Assembly (NCBI GenBank): GCA_964567085.1
Contig: CAZMKU010000001.1
Span: 1 to 53,862 of the forward strand
Source of the DNA: an uncultured Clostridium sp.
Lineage (GTDB): Bacteria; Bacillota; Clostridia; Oscillospirales; CAG-272
Direction: 5' to 3'
DNA: 53,862 nucleotides
Shown here: one piece after another, positions 8,964-19,426 of the stretch
Layout of the letters: each line of letters begins with the position of its first letter
Position numbering within the stretch: the first letter of the stretch is position 1
Made by a program: the position numbers and the translations under genes
Notes under the pieces: generated by a model
Database searches by the model: none
What the model was told of the DNA's origin: nothing
Seen by the model: only the letters and a program-made list of their open reading frames with translations

Positions 8964-10322
8964 TTAATTTTTCAAGCTGTGTATAGGCGCAGGGATACGA
9001 CCTCCGCGGGAAATGAATTTCTTCGGGGAGTAACGGTTGATCTCCATAATAGGAGCGCGACCGAGAAGTCCGCCGTAATCAATGGAGTCGCCCACGCTCT
9101 TTCCGTACGCGGGAATAACTCTTACCGCCGTGGTCTTGGTGTTTACCACGCCAATGGAAATTTCGTCAGCAATAATACCGCAGATAACCGCCTCGTCAAC
9201 ATCACCCGGAATCGCTATCATATCAAGGCCTACCGAGCAGACCGCCGTCATCGCCTCAAGCTTTTCAAGCGTAAGCGCGCCGCGCTCGACCGCGTCTATC
9301 ATACCCGCGTCCTCGGATACGGGAATAAACGCGCCCGAAAGTCCTCCTACGTGGCTGGACGCCATAACGCCGCCCTTCTTGACCGCGTCGTTGAGCATAG
9401 CAAGACAAGCCGTCGTGCCGTGCGCGCCGCAGGATTCAAGTCCCATTTCCTCCAAAATGTGAGCCACGCTATCGCCAATAGCAGGCGTTGGAGCAAGTGA
9501 GAGGTCAACTATTCCGAACGGAACGCCGAGTCGCTCGGATGCCTCCGATGCCACGAGCTGACCGACTCTCGTTATCTTGAATGCGGTCTTCTTTATAATT
9601 TCAGCCAGAGCCGAAAGGTCGCAATCTCCCGCGCGCTTTATAGCCGAGCTTACGACACCCGGGCCCGATACGCCTACGTTAATTACGTTCTCAGGCTCGC
9701 CAACGCCGTGGAACGCGCCCGCCATAAAGGGATTATCCTCGGGGACGTTTGCGAACGCGACGAGCTTCGCGCAGCCGATAGAATCTCTGTCGCGCGTAAG
9801 ATATGCCGCGCGCTTGATCGCGCTGCCCATAAGCTGAATAGCGTCCATATTGATACCCGCCTTGGTGGTCGCCACGTTTACGGACGAGCAAACGAAATCC
9901 GTTTCCGCCAAAGCCTCGGGGATAACAGAGATCATATTGCGCGCGCCGTTCGTCATTCCCTTATGTACCAGAGCCGAGAAGCCGCCGATGAAGTTTATGC
10001 CGATCTCCTTTGCCGCGCGGTCAAGTGTTTTTGCCACCTTCATATATCCCTCGGGGGAAATTCCGCCGCCGACAAGCGATATGGGAGTTACCGAAACTCT
10101 TTTATTCACGATCGGAATACCGTATTTCTTTTCAATGTCGCATCCAACAGAAACCAAGTTCTCCGCGCTTTTCGTTATTTTATCATAGATCTTTTCACAA
10201 AGGCGATCCTCGTCCTCGCTTACGCAATCGTAAAGAGAAATGCCCATTGTGATAGTACGAATGTCAAGATTTTCCTGACGGATCATACTGATGGTTTCAA
10301 GAATATTGTTCGTATTTATCAT
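8964..10322 (-). CDS. UPF0210 / DUF711 (PFL-like) family protein
   Basis: The ORF is 452 aa. The N-terminus ...[10 protein letters not shown]... and the pairing with an upstream ACT-domain gene are characteristic of this conserved pair. Confidence 0.85.
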   Translation of the reverse strand: MINTNNILETISMIRQENLDIRTITMGISLYDCVSEDEDRLCEKIYDKITKSAENLVSVGCDIEKKYGIPIVNKRVSVTPISLVGGGISPEGYMKVAKTLDRAAKEIGINFIGGFSALVHKGMTNGARNMISVIPEALAETDFVCSSVNVATTKAGINMDAIQLMGSAIKRAAYLTRDRDSIGCAKLVAFANVPEDNPFMAGAFHGVGEPENVINVGVSGPGVVSSAIKRAGDCDLSALAEIIKKTAFKITRVGQLVASEASERLGVPFGIVDLSLAPTPAIGDSVAHILEEMGLESCGAHGTTACLAMLNDAVKKGGVMASSHVGGLSGAFIPVSEDAGMIDAVERGALTLEKLEAMTAVCSVGLDMIAIPGDVDEAVICGIIADEISIGVVNTKTTAVRVIPAYGKSVGDSIDYGGLLGRAPIMEINRYSPKKFISRGGRIPAPIHSLKN

Positions 10323-10334
10323 TGTCTTTCCTCG

Positions 10335-10604
10335 TCAGATGCTATGCATCGTATTGAAAATATCCTCGTGCATTACGTGAATATCAAGGCCGCGGTCACG
10401 GCCGATCGAAGAAAGCGTATCCACAAAATCAGAAAAAGGAATTTTAAGCCCGTCAATATCCGCCAGCATTATCATAGCGAAATATTCAGACAAAACGCTC
10501 TGGGAAATGTCAATGATATTCGCATCGTATTTCGCGCATTCCGTTGAGACCCTTGCGATAATACCTACCGCGTCCTTACCTGTAACCGTTATAACTGCCT
10601 TCAT
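10335..10604 (-). CDS. ACT-domain protein (UPF0237 family)
   Basis: The ORF is 89 aa and begins MKAVITVTGKDAVGIIARVS. It lies immediately upstream of the UPF0210 gene. Confidence 0.85.
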   Translation of the reverse strand: MKAVITVTGKDAVGIIARVSTECAKYDANIIDISQSVLSEYFAMIMLADIDGLKIPFSDFVDTLSSIGRDRGLDIHVMHEDIFNTMHSI

Positions 10605-10796
10605 TTTGGATACCTCTTTTGCGACTTTGGAAACAATTCTCCATTCTTGTACTTATATTATACAATACTCACGCCAAAATATCAAGTACTAATTCGTTTA
10701 TTTTTTTACAAAATATTTTGAACTTGGATTGAAAAAACTATAAATTTGTGGTACAATTAAACCGTAACGAAAAATTTGAATTCAAAAGGAGAACAA

Positions 10797-11357
10797 ATGC
10801 AACACAACACCTTTTGCGAGCATATAGTAAAGCAAAAATGCGAGGGCAAATTTCTGGTGTTCAGGATCTTGCTCATCATCTTATATGCATCTCTCGGTAT
10901 CCTGCCGTCGTCGGCAATTATTCTGTTGGCTCCCACAGGGCTGATAGTTCCCTTCCTGCTCGTCATAGCCACGGTGGTATTCGTTATTTTCAAGCTCACG
11001 TGGAGATTGACTTGCCTTGAATACGAATACCAGATATTCGACGACTCTATCATTTTTTCAAAAATATACGGCAGATCCCGCCGCAAGTCCTTGATCGAAA
11101 TGCCGATAAGGGCGTTTTCGGTGCTTGGCAAATACACCGCGGAATCCGAAAAATACTTGTCGCATCTGCTCGTTGACAAAAATCACTTGCTCATATCCTC
11201 GTTTTCTGCCGATAACATTTATTTCGGCGTGTTCGATTCCGACGGCAAAAAATGCATCGTATTTTTCGAGGCAACCGAGGCCGCAGAGACACGGCTCAAA
11301 AGACAGGGCTCGAGCGCTATGCGAGCGTACGAGCGAGAAATCAGAAATTATAATTAA
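10797..11357 (+). CDS. two-pass membrane protein of unknown function
   Basis: The track ORF is 10776..11357. I prefer the ATG at 10797 because of the AAGGAG RBS. It has two hydrophobic helices followed by a soluble C-terminal domain. Confidence 0.65.
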   Translation: MQHNTFCEHIVKQKCEGKFLVFRILLIILYASLGILPSSAIILLAPTGLIVPFLLVIATVVFVIFKLTWRLTCLEYEYQIFDDSIIFSKIYGRSRRKSLIEMPIRAFSVLGKYTAESEKYLSHLLVDKNHLLISSFSADNIYFGVFDSDGKKCIVFFEATEAAETRLKRQGSSAMRAYEREIRNYN

Positions 11358-11371
11358 AGGAATTTAAGGAT

Positions 11372-11584
11372 ATGAAGAAACAACCCGAAATAACCCTGCA
11401 CATGCAAGAAGAGCTGCTCAAGAAATTTCTCTATATTTCCGAAGCGGAGGGCAGAAGCCCCAACAACCAGTTTATATTTATGCTCAAAAACAACATTCAG
11501 TATTTCGAGCGCACGAAGGGCAAGATCTCCCCTGCCGCGCTCGCAAAAATTGATATTGGCGAATATACGGTTGACGAGGAATAA
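11372..11584 (+). CDS. small protein, possibly ribbon-helix-helix (Arc/CopG-like)
   Basis: The ORF is 70 aa. ITLHMQEELLKKFLYISEAEGRSPNNQ resembles an RHH strand-helix. It lies 14 nt after the preceding gene and is followed by a strong terminator. Confidence 0.55.
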   Translation: MKKQPEITLHMQEELLKKFLYISEAEGRSPNNQFIFMLKNNIQYFERTKGKISPAALAKIDIGEYTVDEE

Positions 11585-11615
11585 AAAAACGAGGCGCGAA
11601 GCGCCTCGTTTTTTA
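11584..11615. terminator. bidirectional rho-independent terminator between the RHH-like gene and tsf
   Basis: The sequence is AAAAAAA-CGAGGCGC-GAA-GCGCCTCG-TTTTTT. Confidence 0.85.
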
Positions 11616-11632
11616 TCGCGATATTTTAAATA

Positions 11633-12556
11633 TTACTTACCGCTCGTGAGCTTTTCGATCTCAGCTGCGAAATCCTCTTCCTTCTTCTGGATGCCTTCAC
11701 CCTTTTCGAAACGGAAGAAGCCTGTGATCTTGATAGAACCGCCGAGTTCCTTTTCTGTCTGTTCAACGTACTTAGCAACTGTGAGGCTGTCATCAATGAA
11801 GTATTCCATATCCATAAGGCAGTTCTGAGAATAGAACTTACCGATTCTGCCTACAACCATCTTTTCGATGATGTTCTGGGGCTTCTTAGCATTTGCGGGA
11901 TCGTTAGCGATCTGAGCCATAAGAATTTCCTTTTCGGATTCGATTACAGATGCGGGAACGCTTTCTCTGTTAAGGTAAGGTGTTGTGTAAGCGCCTACCT
12001 GGAGAGCGACGTTCTTTGCGAATCTGTCGAAGCCTTCCTTGTCAGCGCAGTCTGTATCGAAGGATACAACTACACCGATAGAACCTGTACCGTGGATATA
12101 TGTTGCCGTTGTGCCCTCTGCTACAGCGAAACGTCTGATTGTGATCTTTTCACCAATCTGGAAGATCATTTCCTTGAGCTTTGCGTCAACAGTCTGCTCT
12201 GCGGAGTAGTTGGAAGCGAGAAGCTCCTCAACGTTTGCAGGATTGTTAGCGATAATGCACTTAAGAAGATCCTTTACGAATGCCTGGAATGTAGCGTTCT
12301 TTGCAACGAAGTCTGTCTCGGAGTTAACTTCGATAATAGCTGTCTTGTTGCCTTCCTTAAGAACTTCAACAACACCGTCAGCTGCGATTCTTGTTTCCAT
12401 CTTGGACTGAGCCTTGAGCTCACCCTTTTCACGGAGAATCTTTACAGCCTTATCCATATCGCCGTCAGCCTCAACAAGAGCCTTCTTGCAATCCATCATA
12501 CCGATACCTGTCTTTGCGCGGAGAGCCGCAACGTCTTTAGCAGTAATGTTTGCCAT
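11633..12556 (-). CDS. tsf: translation elongation factor Ts
   Basis: The ORF is 307 aa and begins MANITAKDVAALRAKTGIGMMDCKKAL. It lies downstream of rpsB. Confidence 0.95.
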   Translation of the reverse strand: MANITAKDVAALRAKTGIGMMDCKKALVEADGDMDKAVKILREKGELKAQSKMETRIAADGVVEVLKEGNKTAIIEVNSETDFVAKNATFQAFVKDLLKCIIANNPANVEELLASNYSAEQTVDAKLKEMIFQIGEKITIRRFAVAEGTTATYIHGTGSIGVVVSFDTDCADKEGFDRFAKNVALQVGAYTTPYLNRESVPASVIESEKEILMAQIANDPANAKKPQNIIEKMVVGRIGKFYSQNCLMDMEYFIDDSLTVAKYVEQTEKELGGSIKITGFFRFEKGEGIQKKEEDFAAEIEKLTSGK

Positions 12557-12602
12557 TTTTAGTAATTCCTTTCAAATATTTGATGTAACTATTCAGTAGA
12601 AA

Positions 12603-13352
12603 TTATGCGTTTTCTGCGTCTTCAGCAGCCTCAGCCTCAGCCTTTACAGCCTCTGCCTCAACTGTTGCTTCGCCCTGCTTACCTTCAATGATCGCGTCAG
12701 CGATTACGGAGGAGATGAGCTTGATAGCGCGGATAGCGTCGTCGTTACCGGGAATTACGTAGTCAGCATCGTCAGGATCACAGTTTGTGTCAACGATAGC
12801 GATTACCGGAATACCGAGCTTCTTAGCCTCGAGAACTGCGTTTCTTTCCTTGCGGGGGTCAACGATGAAAATAGCATCGGGAAGCTTTTCCATTGTCTTG
12901 ATACCGCCAAGGTTCTTTTCAAGATCGAAAATTTCCTTCTGGAGAGAAGCAACTTCCTTCTTGGGAAGCATATCGAACGTGCCGTCCTCAGCCATCTTGT
13001 TAAGGCTGTTGAGACTTGCGATAGATCTCTTGATGGTTTTGAAGTTGGTCATCATACCGCCGGGCCAACGAACGTTAACGTAGTACTGACCGCAACGAAG
13101 AGCCTCTTCCTTGATAGCCTCTGCAGCCTGCTTCTTTGTACCAACGAAAAGAACGGTACCGTCGTTTTCAGCAAGCTCACGAACGAACATGTAAGCTTCC
13201 TCAAACTTCTTTACGGTCTTCTGAAGGTCGATAATGTAGATGCCGTTTCTTTCTGTGAAGATGTATTCCTGCATCTTGGGGTTCCATCTTCTTGTGTGAT
13301 GTCCGAAATGGACGCCAGCTTCGAGAAGCTGCTTAATTGAGATAATAGACAT
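12603..13352 (-). CDS. rpsB: 30S ribosomal protein S2
   Basis: The ORF is 249 aa and begins [27 protein letters not shown]. Confidence 0.95.
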   Translation of the reverse strand: MSIISIKQLLEAGVHFGHHTRRWNPKMQEYIFTERNGIYIIDLQKTVKKFEEAYMFVRELAENDGTVLFVGTKKQAAEAIKEEALRCGQYYVNVRWPGGMMTNFKTIKRSIASLNSLNKMAEDGTFDMLPKKEVASLQKEIFDLEKNLGGIKTMEKLPDAIFIVDPRKERNAVLEAKKLGIPVIAIVDTNCDPDDADYVIPGNDDAIRAIKLISSVIADAIIEGKQGEATVEAEAVKAEAEAAEDAENA

Positions 13353-13491
13353 TTGTATGTCCTCCTTCGGTTTTTTCCACCACAGAAGCTCCGCGTAAAG
13401 ATCGCGCCAATTTCCTCTTGACGCAACACCGAGAACGTTTTCGGCTCCTGTGTGTGTATTTTAAATTTGCGCATTTTTGCACAGCCTAAAT

Positions 13492-13520
13492 ATTATATCA
13501 TAGAGATTTAATTTTTGCAA
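13492..13520 (-). promoter_or_regulatory. sigma-A type promoter for rpsB-tsf
   Basis: The minus strand reads TTGCAA, a 17-nt spacer, then TATAAT. It lies about 140 nt upstream of rpsB. Confidence 0.6.
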
Positions 13521-13553
13521 TAGTGGACTTTACAATTTACAATATGTTTACAA

Positions 13554-13841
13554 TTATCTGCACTTTTTCTTGCATTTATCGGACAAAAAATCACAGAGCT
13601 CGCGCTCGCTTACCTTCAGGAGTATCGTATCCTCCCCTATGCACTCGATCTTGCACCACGGAATAACGTACTCCTCCTTTTTGCCGAAATGAAGGCCCCC
13701 CGAGCTTTTCGGAACAATGATAGATATGACCTGCCCGCAATCAATATCAAGCTCCAGCTCACACGGAAAGCCCAGCTTTTCTCCCGTGCATACGTTTATG
13801 ACCTCGCGCTCCCTCAGCTCCTTCGTGCTTAAAACCCTCAT
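13554..13841 (-). CDS. YlmC/YmxH-family (PRC-barrel) sporulation protein
   Basis: MRVLSTKELREREVINVCTGEKLG...VIPWCKIECIGEDTILL matches the YlmC/YmxH pattern. The ATG at 13841 has a GGGAGG RBS. The track ORF's 27-aa extension to 13922 would overlap the upstream gene. Confidence 0.85.
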   Translation of the reverse strand: MRVLSTKELREREVINVCTGEKLGFPCELELDIDCGQVISIIVPKSSGGLHFGKKEEYVIPWCKIECIGEDTILLKVSERELCDFLSDKCKKKCR

Positions 13842-13899
13842 AAAAACCTCCCAAAAGCAAAAATAAAAGACGGTACATAAATATATGACCGTCTTTATT

Positions 13900-16593
13900 T
13901 TATTTATGTTTTTTCCTGCCAATGAGTCGCAAAAGCTTTATTATAAGCTCGCAAGCAATAAACACCGCAATATACACGCCCAGCAGCGCAAAGGTCTCCT
14001 CGCACGCACCCGTATATCCGTACTCGTCAGCAAAGCTCGGGATAATAAGAGCGGTCAGTACCATTCTTATTACCGACGATAGCACGAGCGTCATCGCAGC
14101 CATATTCAACAGCTTATTTTTGCTTTTATCCTTCTCCGCGAAGCCCTTGATATCGGAAAGGGCAATTTTCTTGCCTATGCAAGTCCTCATACTGCCAAAA
14201 AAGCTGAAGGCGTACGTCACTATAACGCCGAGAGTCGTCGCAAGCGGGATCGCCGCAATATCCATAATATAACCCGAAGCGTCAAGATATACCGCGAGCG
14301 CAAAATACACCGCGGCCGCAAATAACGGGGAGACGAGCTGCGGGACGGAGGCTCGCGCAAGCTCTCCGAGATCATTCGGCTTTTTCTCGATAAACGACCT
14401 CGGCTTAAACGTAGAAAATGCCGCCACCGTAAAGAACACGAGAGCCACCGCAAGCAAAAGTATTACGGGATAGCTTATAAACAATATTCCCGACACGAAC
14501 GACGAGAACGTCATAAGAATGAGCGCAGAAACGATTGAAATAAACAGAAGAGTCATCTGCAAATAGTTGTGAGTAAAGCTTTCGGCGCACTTGACCGCCT
14601 CAAAAAAGCCCCTCAGTCCTCCGCTCTCGCCGCTTCCTCTGCCGATTATGACCTCCGCCTCGGTTCTCGCTCTCTGCGAGCAACGCTGGCTGAATTCATA
14701 GCCGTCGGCTACGGGAATTTCAAGCTCGCTCTCCCTGAATTTCGACGAGCCGTAATTGAGGTTGTCGTAGCTTACAAAAACGTCCGACGCGGAATATATC
14801 TCGCGGTATTCATCGGAAATTCCGATAGCCGCCACGGTATGTCCGTGTGCCTTGGCGTTGGAAATTGCTCTCGCAAGCTCCTCGGCGCTATATCCAATAT
14901 AAGCTTTACCGAAATCAAACGCCTCGAGCGTATTTTCAGCCAAGGAAATACGCTCGTCCGAAAATCCCGCCGCACGAAGATAAAATCTGTTATATTCATT
15001 GTCCCGAGGCAGCGCGGCCGAAACCGTAATACCCTTCCTCGAGAGAACCTCTGCGGTCTCGCAAAAGCTCTCGCAGATCCCCTCGCGAAGGCCTACGAGC
15101 CCCTCCAGGATCAGAGCTCCGTCGATCTCGGAGATCACGACATACACCGTCTCTCCTCTGCTGCCCGCGCAATTTTTATAGTCCTCGAAAAACGCCCTTA
15201 TCTGCTCGTCCGCCTCGCAAATACCGTCCCTTACGCGATAATACGGACAACGGTCAGCAAGCGAAAAATCGTCTCCTACGTACACGCGAAAGCTTCTGTC
15301 CGCCATTTCAACGCACGCGGCCTCACCGCCGTCAATGCTCGCGCCGAAATAAAGGGATTTTATCTTGACGTCCTCGGCGTCTCGGTCAAATTTTATTCTC
15401 TGCATTCCGTGAGCAAGACCGTCGAGCATTCTTCTTTCGTTGCCCTCGATATCCCCGCGCTCATTCTTTGCCTTGACATAAGAATAAATACATTCAAATA
15501 TAAAGTCCGCGGGGTCAGCCGCGCCGATATTCTCCACCGTCTCTCCGCAGAGCTGCATTGAGGACAGATATTTTTCGCCGTCGGTAATGCCCGAAATTCC
15601 GCAAACGATAACGTCAGTCACCGCGGGAAGCGCGTCGATAGCGTTGTTGTTTTTTATGATCGCGTAATCGCCGCCCTGTCCATTTTTCGCCGCTCGCTTG
15701 AGCATAGCCGCAAGCAAGATTCTGCCCGCTATGGGGGAGGAGATAAGCGTCATCGACAGGATCAAGGCAAGATACATAAGGAAAACCTCAAGAATTCCTA
15801 CGTATTTTGCGGTAAACATTCCCACGATCGCCAAGATAAGCGCAGCGACGGATATAATAAACACAAAGCCCGAAAGATATTTGTACGTGCGCCTAATGAC
15901 CGCGGGGTCTGAATTCTTCTTCAAAAGTCCGCCCGCGCGCACGCTCTCCGACATTACCGTATCGTTTCCCGTGGCGGTAACAACCGCCTTCGCGTATCCG
16001 CTCGCGACGAACGAGCCCGCGAGAAGTCTGCCCCTCCCGTCAAAGCCGTCGGGGATCACCTCATCTATGTATTTGACCTCGCCGTCAAGGCGTATCGCGG
16101 AAATCACAAGCTCCTTCGACTCAACAACGCACACGTCGGCGGGAATATAATCTCCGCGGCGCAAGATAAGCACGTCGCCCGAGACGAGATTTCTGCTGTC
16201 AACAACGTATTCCCTGCCGTCACGTAAAACGCGCGCCGTCGGATTCGAATAAGCCTCCATACGCTCGCTCTGGCGTTGAGCAGACAGATAAAGCATTCCC
16301 GAAGTTATACTTCCCGAGATAAACGTGGACAGAACGGCGACAGACAGCTGCGTACGCCCCATAAAGAACGCCGCGATTGCGATAAAGATAAGAATTGCGG
16401 CGGGGAGCATTTTCACAACGCCGAAAAAGCAGGACAAGAAATTTCTTTTCTTGCGCACAAAAAACGAGGTGTCCGCTCTTTCTTCCTCGGCGGCTCTCTC
16501 ACGCGCGCGCCTTCTCGAAAGCCCCGAGGAAATATCAGTATTCAGTTTTTCTTCAATATCTGCTATATCCTCAAAGATTTCGATTTCCTTCAT
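13900..16593 (-). CDS. P-type (E1-E2) cation ATPase homologue with degenerate catalytic motifs
   Basis: The ORF is 897 aa. It has a Cation_ATPase_N-like start (LNTDISSGLSRRRARER), an actuator-like LVSGDVLILRRGDYIPAD, and multiple TM helices at both ends. The DKTGT position reads CGISGIT and the GDGVND position reads IGISDEY. Confidence 0.8.
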   Translation of the reverse strand: MKEIEIFEDIADIEEKLNTDISSGLSRRRARERAAEEERADTSFFVRKKRNFLSCFFGVVKMLPAAILIFIAIAAFFMGRTQLSVAVLSTFISGSITSGMLYLSAQRQSERMEAYSNPTARVLRDGREYVVDSRNLVSGDVLILRRGDYIPADVCVVESKELVISAIRLDGEVKYIDEVIPDGFDGRGRLLAGSFVASGYAKAVVTATGNDTVMSESVRAGGLLKKNSDPAVIRRTYKYLSGFVFIISVAALILAIVGMFTAKYVGILEVFLMYLALILSMTLISSPIAGRILLAAMLKRAAKNGQGGDYAIIKNNNAIDALPAVTDVIVCGISGITDGEKYLSSMQLCGETVENIGAADPADFIFECIYSYVKAKNERGDIEGNERRMLDGLAHGMQRIKFDRDAEDVKIKSLYFGASIDGGEAACVEMADRSFRVYVGDDFSLADRCPYYRVRDGICEADEQIRAFFEDYKNCAGSRGETVYVVISEIDGALILEGLVGLREGICESFCETAEVLSRKGITVSAALPRDNEYNRFYLRAAGFSDERISLAENTLEAFDFGKAYIGYSAEELARAISNAKAHGHTVAAIGISDEYREIYSASDVFVSYDNLNYGSSKFRESELEIPVADGYEFSQRCSQRARTEAEVIIGRGSGESGGLRGFFEAVKCAESFTHNYLQMTLLFISIVSALILMTFSSFVSGILFISYPVILLLAVALVFFTVAAFSTFKPRSFIEKKPNDLGELARASVPQLVSPLFAAAVYFALAVYLDASGYIMDIAAIPLATTLGVIVTYAFSFFGSMRTCIGKKIALSDIKGFAEKDKSKNKLLNMAAMTLVLSSVIRMVLTALIIPSFADEYGYTGACEETFALLGVYIAVFIACELIIKLLRLIGRKKHK

Positions 16594-16616
16594 TTTAATT
16601 CCTCAAAAAAATTAAA

Positions 16617-18944
16617 TTACATACAAACAACCACAAGCTCACCGCCCGAAACGGAAAGCTTTGCGCGCGTTATGCTGTGACCGTAGTCGGAGATTATCTG
16701 CTCCGCGAGATTGTCCTCTACGTTCTTTTGAATATATCTTCTCATATTTCTCGCGCCGTACTTCTCTGAGAAGGACTTTTCGGCTATATGCATAGCCGCG
16801 GCGTGAGTATACTCAAGCTCTATTCCCTTTTCAGAGAGCGCCTCCGCAAGCTCTCCGAGCATTATCTTGGCGATCTTCGCAAAGTCGTTCTTGTCAAGTG
16901 AGCGGAAGGTGATTATCTCATCAACGCGGTTGATAAATTCGGGGCGCAGGAACTTCGAGAGCGCCTTCTCGGTCTTGCTCTCTCCCGCCGCCTTGCCGTC
17001 GCCCGAGAATCCTACCACCGCAGACGAATTTTCAGAGCCCGCGTTCGTCGTCATAACGATAACCGTATTCTCGAAATTCACGGTCTTGCCGTGCGCGTCG
17101 GTAATTCTTCCGTCGTCAAGAATCTGGAGCATAATGTTAAGCACGTCGGGGTGCGCCTTTTCAATTTCGTCGAAAAGCACCACGGAATAAGGCTTACGGC
17201 GAATCTTCTCGGTAAGCTGTCCCGCGTCGTCGTAACCAACGTAGCCGGGAGGCGAACCGATAATTCTCGACACGGAATGCTTTTCCATAAATTCCGACAT
17301 ATCAAGTCTTATAAGCGTTTCGGGGGAATCAAAAAGGTCAGCCGCGAGTCGCTTTACAAGCTCGGTCTTGCCGACACCCGTAGGCCCCGCGAAAATAAAC
17401 GAAACAGGCTTTCTCTTGTACGACACTCCCGCGCGGTTTCTCTTGACTGCGCGAGCTACCGCCATTACCGCCTCGTCCTGACCCACGACGTGAGCCTTAA
17501 GTCTTTCCGCGAGCTTGTCGATCCTTGCGTATTCATTTTCTGTAATCGACGAAGCCGGCACGCCCGTCCACAGCTCAATCACCTCTGCCAGATGCTCTGT
17601 TGTAAGTTCAATTCGCTTGCAATCTCCCTCAATTTCGCGAAGACGCGCGGAAAGCTGCATTTCACGTGACTGTATCTTCGCAATTTCCTCGTACTTTTTC
17701 TGCGCCGCGGCATCGTCGGAGGTGATATTCGCCTCGGCCTCCTCCCTCTGCGACTTAAGAGAAAGCAGCTTGTCGTGGATCTCAAGCGTTTCGTTAAGCT
17801 CGGCGCTCGAAAGCGAGAGCTTTGACGCCGCCTCGTCAAGCAGATCTATCGCCTTGTCGGGAAGATATCTGTCCGTAATATATCTTTCGGAGAGAATTAC
17901 CGCGTTGCGCAAAATTCCTTTTGGAATAACGATTCCGTGGAATTCCTCGTAATAATGACTAATGCCCGAGAGCATCTCGACCGCCTCGGCAACCGAGGGC
18001 TCGTTTACTGTAACGGGCTGGAAGCGTCGCTCAAGCGCGGAATCCTTTTCAATATATTTTCTGTATTCGTTCAGAGTCGTAGCGCCGATAATGCGGATCT
18101 CGCCGCGTGAAAGCGCGGGCTTGAGAATATTCGCCGCGTTAACGCTTCCCTCTGCCTCGCCCGTGCCCACGATATTGTGGACCTCGTCGATAACGAGAAT
18201 GGCGTTGCCAACCTCCTTGACCTCAGCGAGAAGCCCTAAAATTCTCGACTCGAACTGACCGCGGAACTGCGTTCCTGCAACGAGAGCCGTAAGGTCAACA
18301 AGATATAGCTCCTTGTCCTTCAGCTTGTACGGCACGTTGCCCTCCGCGATCCTTATAGCAAGTCCCTCGGCGATAGCCGTCTTACCTACGCCGGGCTCAC
18401 CGATAAGGCAGGGGTTGTTTTTCTGGCGGCGGCAAAGTATCTGAATAACTCTGTCGGTTTCCTTTTCTCTGCCGACGATCCTGTCAATCCTGCCTTCCTT
18501 TGCGTATCTCGTAAGATTTCTGCAATACGCGGTAAGATATTTATATTCTTTTTTAGCCTTGTCTGCCTTTGCCTTGCCCTTGCCGCTCTCGCCCTCGCTC
18601 TTTTTGTGCGGAACAATACCGCTCGCATTGGGCCCCGCCGCCTTGGGAAAGGATATTCCATTCTCACGGAAAAGCTTGGGGATATCGATAGCGGGCGCGC
18701 CGCCGTCCTCTCCCTCGTCGGATGCCATACTCTCGAGCATTCCCGACATTTCCTCCTCCATGCTGTCAAGCTGGTCGGGAGTTATTCCCATTTTACCGTA
18801 AATATCTCCAAGCATATTGTCAACGGGCATACCGAGATCTCGAGCGCACTTGATACAAAGTCCGCTCGAGGTCTTCTCCCCGTTTTCAAGCTTGGTTACA
18901 AAAACAACTGCCACTCTCTTGTGGCAATTAGAACACATTACCAT
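16617..18944 (-). CDS. ClpA/ClpC-family double AAA+ ATPase with an N-terminal C4 zinc-ribbon in place of Clp_N repeats
   Basis: The ORF is 775 aa. It has two Walker A sites ([18 protein letters not shown]), a coiled-coil middle region and a VGF loop. The N-terminus reads CSNCHKR...CIKCARD. Confidence 0.88.
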   Translation of the reverse strand: MVMCSNCHKRVAVVFVTKLENGEKTSSGLCIKCARDLGMPVDNMLGDIYGKMGITPDQLDSMEEEMSGMLESMASDEGEDGGAPAIDIPKLFRENGISFPKAAGPNASGIVPHKKSEGESGKGKAKADKAKKEYKYLTAYCRNLTRYAKEGRIDRIVGREKETDRVIQILCRRQKNNPCLIGEPGVGKTAIAEGLAIRIAEGNVPYKLKDKELYLVDLTALVAGTQFRGQFESRILGLLAEVKEVGNAILVIDEVHNIVGTGEAEGSVNAANILKPALSRGEIRIIGATTLNEYRKYIEKDSALERRFQPVTVNEPSVAEAVEMLSGISHYYEEFHGIVIPKGILRNAVILSERYITDRYLPDKAIDLLDEAASKLSLSSAELNETLEIHDKLLSLKSQREEAEANITSDDAAAQKKYEEIAKIQSREMQLSARLREIEGDCKRIELTTEHLAEVIELWTGVPASSITENEYARIDKLAERLKAHVVGQDEAVMAVARAVKRNRAGVSYKRKPVSFIFAGPTGVGKTELVKRLAADLFDSPETLIRLDMSEFMEKHSVSRIIGSPPGYVGYDDAGQLTEKIRRKPYSVVLFDEIEKAHPDVLNIMLQILDDGRITDAHGKTVNFENTVIVMTTNAGSENSSAVVGFSGDGKAAGESKTEKALSKFLRPEFINRVDEIITFRSLDKNDFAKIAKIMLGELAEALSEKGIELEYTHAAAMHIAEKSFSEKYGARNMRRYIQKNVEDNLAEQIISDYGHSITRAKLSVSGGELVVVCM

Positions 18945-18993
18945 AAAAAATTCCTCTGAAATTCAATATATAGCTACACTCTCTTGCCAAAGC

Positions 18994-19392
18994 TCACCTC
19001 GGCAAAATATTATCAACAATTTTTAAAATAAACGACGAATCCAGCGCGTCCGTTCCCGACGCTTCAATAATCGCGAGCATCAAAAAGGATATTACGACAA
19101 CGCCGACAAGTCCGTTGAATATGCCGAGCACCGTGCCTAAAATGGCGTCAGTCTTTGCCAAGATCGGCACCTTCAGCTTTCTTATAATTTTAGCCAAAAC
19201 CGCGATAGCGATAAGAAGCAAAATATATATTATCGCAAAATAAACGTATTCAAGATCAAATATCCTGTAGATCAGAACCGATACGATAAGCGCGACGATT
19301 CCCGACACCGACAGAAGAAATCCGCGTCTGTATCCGAAAAATATCGCAAGTCCCACGTAAAGCAGGAGAAGTATATCAAAAATCAATCCCAT
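18994..19392 (-). CDS. cvpA: CvpA-family membrane protein
   Basis: The ORF is 132 aa and begins MGLIFDILLLLYVGLAIFFGYRRGF. It has four hydrophobic segments. Confidence 0.8.
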   Translation of the reverse strand: MGLIFDILLLLYVGLAIFFGYRRGFLLSVSGIVALIVSVLIYRIFDLEYVYFAIIYILLLIAIAVLAKIIRKLKVPILAKTDAILGTVLGIFNGLVGVVVISFLMLAIIEASGTDALDSSFILKIVDNILPR

Positions 19393-19426
19393 AAAAACCT
19401 CCGATGTAGCCGAAAGCCGTTAAATA

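Noticed and set aside
13842-13922. N-terminal extensions given by the ORF track (ylmC to 13922, DUF1934 to 7122, dinB to 8370, truA to 21521, ecfT to 22350, DUF951 from 25674, lipoprotein to 53708, ABC exporter to 34852)
   Set aside because: In each case an internal start has a proper Shine-Dalgarno sequence at 5-8 nt. That start also matches the conserved family N-terminus or a signal peptide. The extensions overlap neighbouring genes or promoter elements.
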